Translations under genes and position numbers: made by a program
Shown here: positions 55,290 to 64,000 of the stretch, piece by piece
How the letters are laid out: each line of letters begins with the position of its first letter
How positions within the stretch are numbered: the stretch's first letter is position 1
Notes under the pieces: generated by a model
Databases searched by the model: none
What the model was told of the DNA's origin: nothing
The model's input: only the letters and a program-made list of their open reading frames with translations
Origin: Eledone cirrhosa
Taxonomy: Eukaryota
DNA length: 64,000 nucleotides
Reading direction: 5' to 3'
Assembly: GCA_964016885.1 (NCBI GenBank)
Contig: OZ024744.1
Coordinates: 135,470,001-135,534,000 of the forward strand

Positions 55290-58200
55290 GTGTCATGGCA
55301 TAAATTACCCAGTCCACACTGTAAAGTAGTCATGTAGGTGTCACAACAAAAAGTACCCAGTACACACAGTAAAGTGGTCATGTAGGTGTCACAACAAAAA
55401 GTACCCAGTCCACACTGTAAAGTAGTCATGTAGGTGTCACAACAAAAACTACCCACACCACACTGCAAAGTAGTCATGTAGGTGTCACAATAAAAAGTAC
55501 CCAGTACACACTGTAAAGTGGTCATGTAGGTGTCACAATAAAAAGTACGCACTACACACTGTAATGTAGTCATGTAGGTGTCACAACAAAAAGTAACCAG
55601 TACACACTGTAAAGTGGTCATGTAGGATACACAACAAAAAGTACCCAGTACACACTGTAATGTAGTCATGTAGGTGTCACAACAAAAAGTAACCAGTACA
55701 CACTGTAAAGTGGTCATGTAGGTGTCACAACAAAAAGTACCCAGTACACACTGTAAAGTGGTCATGTAGGTTTCATGACAAAAAGTACCCAGTACACACT
55801 GTAAAGTGGTCATGTAGGTGTATCACAACAAAAAGTACCCAGTACACACTGTAATGTAGTTATGTAGGTGTCACAACAAAAAGTACCCAGTACACAGTGT
55901 AAAGTGGTCATGTAGGTGTCACAACAAAAAGTATCCAGTACACACTATAAAGTAGTCATGTAGGTTTCCTGACAAAAAGTACCCAGTACAAACTGTAAAG
56001 TGGCCATGTAGGTGTCATGACAAAAAGTACCCATTCCACACTGTAAAGTGGTCATGTAGGTGTCACAACAAAAATCACCCACTACACACTGTAAAGTGGT
56101 CACGTACGTGTCATGACAAAAAGTACCCAGTACATACTGTAAAGTGGTCATGAAGGTGTCATGACAAAAAGTACCCAGTACACACTGTAAAGTGATCATA
56201 TAGGTGTCACAACAAAAAGTACCCAGTACACACAGTAAAGTGCTCATGAAGGTGTCATAACATAAAGTACTCAGTCCACACTGCAAAGTATTCATGTAGG
56301 TGTTATGACAAAAAGTACCCAGGACACACTGTAAAGTGGTCATGTAGGTGTCACAACAAAAAGTACCCAGTACACACTGTAAAGTAGTCATGTAGGTGTC
56401 ACAACAAAAAGTACCCAGTACACACTGTAAAGTGGTCATGTAGGTATCATGACAAAAAGTACCCAGTACACACTGTAAAGTGGTCATGTAGATGTCACAA
56501 TAAAAAGAACCCAGTCAATACTGGAAAGTAGCCATGTAGGTGTCACAACAAAAAGTACCCATTCCACACTGTAAAGTGGTCATGTAGATGTCATAACAAA
56601 AAGTACCCAGTACACACTGTTAAGTGGTCATGTAGGCGTCACATCAAAAAGTACCCAGTACACACTGTAAAGTAGTCATGTAGGTGTCACAACAAAAGGT
56701 ACCCAGTACGCACTGTAAAGTGTTCATGTACGTGTCATGACAAAAAGTACCCAGTACATACTGTAAAGTAGTCATGTAGGTGGCACAACAAGTACCCAGT
56801 ACATATTGTAAAGTGGTTATGTAGGTGTTATGACAAAAAGTACCCAGTCTACCACTGTGTGGTCATGTAGGTGTCATGACAAAAAGTACCCATTCCACAC
56901 TGTAAAGTGGTCATGTAGGTGTCACAACAAAAAGTACCCAGTACACACAGTAAAGTGGTCATGTAGGTGTCACACCAAAAACTACCCACACCACACTGCA
57001 AAGTAGTCATGTAGGTGTCACAACAAAAAGTACCCAGTCCACACTGTAAAGTGGTCATGTAGCTGTCAACAAAAAGTACCCAGTACACACTGTAATGTAG
57101 TCATGTAGGTGTCACAACAAAAAGTACCCAGTACATACTGTAAAGTGGTCATGTAGGTGTCATAACAAAAAGTACCCAGTACACACTGCAAACTGGTCAT
57201 GTAGGTGTCACAACAAAAAGTAGACAGTACACACTGTAAAGTGTTAATGTAGGTGTCACAACAAAAAGTACCCAGTACACACTGTAAAGTGGTCAGGTAG
57301 TTGTCAGGACAAAAAGTACCCTGTACACACTGTAAAGTGGTAATGTAGGTGTCACAACAAAAGGTACCAAGTACACACTGAAATGTAGTCATGTAGGTGT
57401 CACAACAAAAAGTACCCTGTACACATTGTAAAATGGTCATGTAGGTCCCACAACAAAAAGTACCCAGTACACACTGTAAAGTGGTCATGTAGGTGTCACG
57501 ACAAAAAATACCCAGTAAACACTGGAAAGTGGTCATGTAGGTGTCATGACAAAAAGTACCCAGTACACACAGTAAAAGGCTCATGTAGGTGTCACAACAA
57601 AAAGTAGCCAGTCCACACTGTAAAGTGGTCATGTAGGTGTCACAACAAAAAGTACCCAGTACACACTGTAATGTAGTCATGTAGGTGTCACAACAAAAAG
57701 TACACAGTACACGTTGTAAATTGTCATGTAGGTGTCATGACAAAAACTACCCAGTACACACTGTAAATTGGTCATGTAGGTGTAACAACAAAAAGTACCC
57801 ATTCCACACTGTAAAGTGGTCATGTAGGTGTCATGACAAATAGTACCCAGTACACACTGTAAAGTAGTCATGTAGGTTTTACAACAAAAAGAACCCAGTC
57901 CATACTGTAAATTAGTCATGTGGGTGTCACAACAAAAAGTACCCAGTACACACTGTAAAGTGGTCATGTAGGTGTCACAACAACAAGTACCCAGTACACA
58001 CAGTCAAGTGGTCATGTAGGTCTCACAACACAAAATACCCAGTACACACTGTAAAGTGGTCATGTAGGTGTCATGACAAATAGTACCCAGTACACACTGT
58101 AAAGTGGTCATGTACGTGTCATGACAAATAGTACCCAGTACACACTGTAAAGTAGTCATGTAGGTGGCACAACAAGTACCCGGTACATATTGTAAAGTGG

Positions 58201-60070
58201 TTATGTAGATGTTATGACAAAAAGTACCCACTCTACAATGTGTGGTCATGTAGGTGTCATGACATAAATTACCCAGTCCACACTGTAAAGTAGTCATGTA
58301 GGTGTCACAACAAAAAGTACCCAGTACACACAGTAAAGTGGTCATGTAGGTGTCACAACAAAAAGTACCCAGTCCACACTGTAAAGTAGTCATGTAGGTG
58401 TCACAACAAAAGCTACCCACACCACACTGCAAAGTAGTCATGTAGGTGTCACAACAAAAAGTACGCACTACACACTGTAATGTAGTCATGTAGGTGTCAC
58501 AACAAAAAGTAACCAGTACACACTGTAAAGTGGTCATGTAGGATACACAACAAAAAGTACCCAGTACACACTGTAAAGTAGTCATGTAGGTGTCACAACA
58601 AAAAGTACCCAGTACACACTGTAAAGTGGTCATGTAGGTTTCATGACAAAAAGTACCCAGTACACACTGTAAAGTGGTCATGTAGGCGTATCACAACAAA
58701 AAGTACCGAGTACACACTGTAATGTAGTCATGTAGGTGTCACAACAAAAAGTACCCAGTACACAGTGTAAAGTGGTCATGTAGGTGTCACAACAAAAAGT
58801 ACCCAGTACACACAATAAAGTAGTCATGTAGGTTTCCTGACAAAAAGTACCCAGTACAAACTGTAAAGTGGCCATGTAGGTGTCATGACAAAAAGTACCC
58901 ATTCCACACTGTGAAGTGGTCATGTAGGTGTCACAACAAAAAGCACCCACTACACACTGTAAAGTGGTCACGTACGTGTCATGACAAAAAGTACCCAGTA
59001 CATACTGTAAAGTGGTCATGAAGGTGTCATGACAAAAAGTACCCAGTACACACTGTAAAGTGATCATATAGGTGTCACAACAAAAAGTACCCAGTACACA
59101 CAGTAAAGTGCTCATGAAGGTGTCATAACATAAAGTACTCAGTCCACACTGCAAAGTATTCATGTAGGTGTTATGACAAAAAGTACCCAGTACACACTGT
59201 AAAGTGGTCATGTAGGTGTCACAACAAAAAGTACCCAGTACACACTGTAAAGTAGTCATGTAGGTGTCACAACAAAAAGTACCCAGTACACACTGTAAAG
59301 TGGTCATGTAGGTATCATGACAAAAAGTACCCAGTACACACTGTAAAGTGGTCATGTACGTGTCACGACAAAAAATACCCAGTAAACACTGGAAAGTGGT
59401 CATGTAGGTGTCACAACAAAAAGTACCAATTCCATACTGTAAAGTGGTCATGTAGATGTCACAACAAAAGGTACCCAGTACACACTGTAAAGTGGTCATG
59501 TAGGTATCATGACAAAAAGTACCCAGTACACACTGTAAAGTGGTCATGTAGATGTCACAATAAAAAGAACCCAGTCAATAATGTAAAGTAGCCATGTAGG
59601 TGTCACAACAAAAAGTACCCATTCCACACTGTAAAGTGGTCATGTAGATGTCATAACAAAAAGTACCCAGTACACACTGTTAAGTGGTCATGTAGGCGTC
59701 ACATCAAAAAGTACCCAGTACACACTGTAAAGTAGTCATGTAGGTGTCACAACAAAAGGTACCCAGTACGCACTGTAAAGTGTTCATGTACGTGTCATGA
59801 CAAAAAGTACCCAGTACATACTGTAAAGTAGTCATGTAGGTGGCACAACAAGTACCCAGTACATATTGTAAAGTGGTTATGTAGGTGTTATGACAAAAAG
59901 TACCCAGTCTACACTGTGTGGTCATGTAGGTGTCATGACAAAAAGTACCCAGTCCACACTGTAAAGTGGTCATGTAGGTGTCACAACAAAAAGTACCCAG
60001 TACACACAGTAAAGTGGTCATGTAGGTGTCACACCAAAAACTACCCACACCACACTGCAAAGTAGTCATG
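55290..60070. repeat. Duplication of about 1.7-1.8 kb (about 55290-57010 and about 58250-60070), offset about 2.9-3.1 kb
   Basis: ACCCACACCACACTGCAAAG at 55451/58415 (offset 2964). A 2-bp insertion gives TATCACAAC at 55821/58689 (2868). GTCAATA at 56514/59574 (3060). These offsets differ by whole monomers. Confidence 0.85.
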
Positions 60071-61191
60071 TAGGTGTCACAACAAAAAGTACGCAGTACA
60101 CACTGTAATGTAGTCATGTAGTTGTCACAACAAAAAGTAACCAGTACACACTGTAAATTGGTCATGTAGGTTACACAACAAAAAGTACCCAGTACACACT
60201 GTAAAGTAGTCATGTAGGTGTAACAACAAAAAGTGCCCAGTACACACTGTAAAGTGGTCATGTAGGTTTCATGACAAAAAGTACGCAGTACACACTGTAA
60301 AGTGGTCATGTAGGTGTCATGACAAAAAGTACCCAGTACACACTGTAATATAGTCATGTAGGTGTCACAACAAAAAGTACCCCGTACACATTGAAAATTG
60401 GTCATGTAGGTGTCACAACAAAAAGTACCCAGTACACACTGTAAAGTAGTCATGTAGGTGTAACCACAAAAAGTACACAGTGTAAAGTGGTCATGTAGGT
60501 GTCACAACAAAAAGTACCTAGTACACACAATAAAGTATTCATGTAGGTTTCCTGACAAAAAGTATCCAGTACACACTGTAAAGTGGTCACGTAGGTGTCA
60601 TGACAAAAAGTACCCAGTACATATTGTAAAGTGGTCATGAAGGTGTCATGACAAAAAGTACCCAGTACACACTGTAATGTAGTTATGTAGGTGACTCAAC
60701 AAAAATAACTCAGTACATACTGTAAAGTGGTTATGAAGGTTTTACAACAAAATGTACCCAGACAATACTGTAAAGTAGCCTTGTAGGTGTCACAACAAAA
60801 AGTAAACAGTACACACTGTAAAGTAGACATGTAGATGTCACAACAAAAAGTAAACAGTACACACAATAAAGTGCTCATGTAGGTGTCACAGCATAAAGTA
60901 CTCAGTCCACACTGCAAAGTATTTATGTAGGGGTTATGACAAAAAGTACCCAGTACACACTGTAAAGTGGTCATGTAGGTGTCACGACATAAGGTATCCA
61001 GTCCACACTGTAAAGTGGTCATGTAGGTGTCACAACAAAAAGTACCCAGTACACACTGTAATGTTGTCATATAGGTGTCACAACAAAAAGTACCCAGTAC
61101 ACACTGTAAATTGGTCATGTAGGAGTCACAACAAAAATTACTCAGTACATACTGTAACGTGGTTATGAAGGTGTCATGAGAAAAAGTAGCC

Positions 61192-64000
61192 ATTCCACAC
61201 TATAAAGTGGTCATGTAGGTTTTACAATAAAAAGAACCCAGTTCATACTGTAAAGTAGTCATGTAGGTGGCACAACAACAAGCACCCAGTACACACTGTA
61301 AAGTAGTCATGTAGGTGGCACAACAATTCCCAGTAGATACTGTAAAGTGGTCATGAAGGTGTCATGACAAAAAGTACCCAGTCTACGCTGTGTGGTCATG
61401 TAGGTGTCATGACAAAAAGTACCCAGTCCACACTGCAAAGTAGTCATGTAGGTGTCACAAGACAAAGTACCCAGTCCACACTGTAAAGTAGTCATGTAGG
61501 TGTCACAAGACAAAGTCCCCAGTCCACACTGTAAAGTAGTCATGTAGGTATCATGACAAAAAATACCCAGTAAAGACGGGAAAGTTGTCTTGTAGGTGTC
61601 ACAACAAAAAGCACCCAGTACATACTGTAAAGTGGTTATGAAGGCGTCATGACAAAATGTACCCAGTACACACTGTAAAATGGTCATGTAGGTGTCTCAA
61701 CAAAAATAACTCAGTACATACTGTAAAGTGGTTATGAAGGTGTCATGACAAAAAGTACCCATTTTACACTGTAAAATGGTCATGTAGGTTTTACAACAAA
61801 AAGTACCCAGTCCACACTGTAAAGTAGACATGCAGGTGTCACAACAAAAAGTACTCAGTCCACACTGTTAAGTAGACATGTAGGTGTCACCGCAAAAAGT
61901 ACTCAGTACACACTGTAAAGTAGTCATGTAGGTGTCACAACAAAAAGTACCCAGTACAAACTGTAAAGTGGTCATGTAGGTGTCACAACAAAAAGTACCC
62001 TGTACACACTGTAAAGTGGTCATGTAGGTAACATGACATAAAGTACCCAGTACACACTGTAAAGTGGTCATGTAGGTGTCATGACAAAAAATACCCAGTA
62101 AACACTGTAAAGTGGTCATGTAGGTGTCATGACAAAAAGTACCCAGTAAACACTGGAAAGTGGTCATGTAGGTGTCACATCAAAAAGTACCCAGTACACA
62201 CTGTAAAGTGGTCATGTAGGTGTCACAACAAAATGTACCCAGTCCACACTATAAAGTGGTCATGTAGGTGTCACAACAAAAAATACCCAGTACACACTGT
62301 AAAGTGGTCATGTAGGTGTCATTACAAAAAGTACCCAGTACACACTGTAAAGTAGTCATGTAGGTGTCACAACAAAAAGCACCGAGTATACACTGTAAAG
62401 TGGTCATGTAGGTGTCACAACAAAAAGTACCCAATACATACTGTAAAGTGGTCATGTAGGTTTCACAACAAAAATTACCCAGTCCACACTGTAAAGTAGT
62501 CATGTAGGTGTCACAACAAAAAGTACACAGTACATACTGTAAAGTGGTCATGAAGGTGTCATGACAAAAAGTATCCATTCCACACTATAAAGTGGTCATG
62601 TAGGTTTTACAATAAAAAGAACCCAGTTCATACTGTAAAGTAGTCATGTAGGTGGCACAACAACAAGCACCCAGTACACACTGTAAAGTAGTCATGTAGG
62701 TGGCACAACAATTCCCAGTAGATACTGTAAAGTGGTCATGAAGGTGTCATGACAAAAAGTACCCAGTCTACGCTGTGTGGTCATGTAGGTGTCATGACAA
62801 AAAGTACCCAGTCCACACTGCAAAGTAGTCATGTAGGTGTCACAAGACAAAGTACCCAGTCCACACTGTAAAGTAGTCATGTAGGTGTCACAAGACAAAG
62901 TACCCAGTCCACACTGTAAAGGAGTCATGTAGGTATCATGACAAAAAATACCCAGTAAAGACGGGAAAGTTGTCTTGTAGGTGTCACAACAAAAAGCACC
63001 CAGTACATACTGTAAAGTGGTTATGAAGGTGTCATGACAAAATGTACCCAGTACACACTGTAAAGTGGTCATGTAGGTGTCTCAACAAAAATAACTCAGT
63101 ACATACTGTAAAGTGGTTATGAAGGTGTCATGACAAAAAGTACCCATTTTACACTGTAAAGTGGTCATGTAGGTTTTACAACAAAAAGTACCCAGTCCAC
63201 ACTGTAAAGTAGACATGCAGGTGTCACAACAAAAAGTACTCAGTCCACACTGTAAAGTAGACATGTAGGTGTCACCGCAAAAAGTACTTAGTACACACTG
63301 TAAAGTGGTCATGTAGGTGTCACAACAAAACGTACCCAGTACAAACTGTAAAGTGGTCATGTAGGTGTCACAACAAAAAGTACCCAGTACACATTGTAAA
63401 TTGGTCATGTAGGTGTCACAACAAAATGTACCCAGTACACACTGTAAATTAGTCATGTAGGTGTCACAACAAAAAGTACCCTGTACACACTGTAAAGTGG
63501 TCATGTAGGTAACATGACAAAAAGTACCCAGTACACACTGTAAAGGGGTCATGTAGGTGTCATGACAAAAAATACCCAGTAAACACTGTAAAGTGGTCAT
63601 GTAGGTGTCATGACAAAAAGTACCCAGTAAACACTGGAAAGTGGTCATGTAGGTGTCACATCAAAAAGTACCCAGTACACACTGTAAAGTGGTCATGTAG
63701 GTGTCACAACAAAATGTACCCAGTCCACACTATAAAGTGGTCATGTAGGTGTCACAACAAAAAATACCCAGTACACACTGTAAAGTGGTCATGTAGGTGT
63801 CATTACAAAAAGTACCCAGTACACACTGTAAAGTAGTCATGTAGGTGTCACAACAAAAAGCACCGAGTATACACTGTAAAGTGGTCATGTAGGTGTCACA
63901 ACAAAAAGTACCCAGTACATACTGTAAAGTGGTCATGTAGGTGTCACAACAAAAATTACCCAGTCCACACTGTAAAGTAGTCATGTAGGTGTCACAACAA
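61192..64000. repeat. Tandem duplication of about 1.4 kb (about 61192-62576 and 62577 to window end)
   Basis: TATAAAGTGGTCATGTAGGTTTTACAATAAAAAGAACCCAGTTCATAC at 61201 and 62586 (offset 1385). ORFs 61307..61687 and 62692..63072 match. The offset becomes 1481 (two extra monomers) at ORFs 62249/63730. Confidence 0.9.

Larger units (their letters stand above)
1..64000. repeat. 48-bp tandem satellite/minisatellite array, single orientation, extending past both window ends
   Basis: The monomer CAACAAAAAGTACCCAGTACACACTGTAAAGTGGTCATGTAGGTGTCA or a close variant is readable throughout. All ORF translations are 16-aa periodic. Length variants of 45, 46 and 47 bp recur. Confidence 0.99.
52800..64000. 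repeat. Right diverged flank domain of the array
   Basis: More singleton substitutions, and return of the left-flank variants TAAACACTGGAAAG (about 52977, 53833, 54601, 57517, 59383), ACCGAGTATACAC (53018, 62381, 63862) and GTAGTCTCATGAC (53381). The boundary is approximate. Confidence 0.78.

Noticed and set aside
41-63984. About 130 ORFs encoding Cys/Thr-rich or His/Lys-rich periodic peptides
   Set aside because: All are translations of the 48-bp repeat. Each monomer supplies an ATG on the minus strand, and ORF ends coincide with recurring frameshift or stop variants. No non-repetitive domain or gene context is visible.
1-64000. CRISPR array (constant repeat plus variable spacer)
   Set aside because: The variable parts are about 22-bp alleles of one sequence, reused many times, not unique spacers. 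There is no leader or cas gene, and the higher-order duplications are typical of satellites.
1-64000. Satellite-encoded hammerhead ribozyme, as in newt, schistosome and cricket satellites
   Set aside because: The consensus lacks the CTGANGA and GAAA core arrangement on either strand.
1-64000. Telomeric repeat, rDNA, tRNA or 5S array, or transposon terminal repeats
   Set aside because: There are no telomere-type G-rich short units, no recognisable structural RNA, no inverted termini or target-site duplications, and no transposase or reverse transcriptase sequence.

Overview
The whole 64 kb window is one uninterrupted head-to-tail tandem array of a 48-bp monomer, consensus CAACAAAAAGTACCCAGTACACACTGTAAAGTGGTCATGTAGGTGTCA (about 1,330-1,350 copies by length, about 42% GC, A-rich on the + strand, no CpG in the consensus). 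It continues past both window ends. I saw no unique sequence, inversion, transposon, RNA gene or credible protein gene. Every ORF in the track is a translation of this repeat, mostly in the two stop-free frames of the 16-codon monomer (minus: MTTLQCVLGTFCCDTY; plus: HNKKYPVHTVKWSCRC). The information lies in the array's architecture. (i) An ordered cassette of 6-8 variant monomers recurs throughout. (ii) Nested higher-order repeats have periods of about 1.35, 2.4, 3.3-3.8 and 1.4 kb. (iii) There is an apparently identical 9,826-bp tandem duplication. (iv) Diverged left and right flanks share diagnostic variants I did not see in the homogenised core, as in layered satellite expansion. (v) A CA/TG/CG variant triad suggests methyl-CpG decay and so a methylated eukaryotic genome. 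I cannot identify the organism or a named satellite family, and I find no direct support for a new gene-based system. All comparisons were made by eye or from ORF-track offsets.
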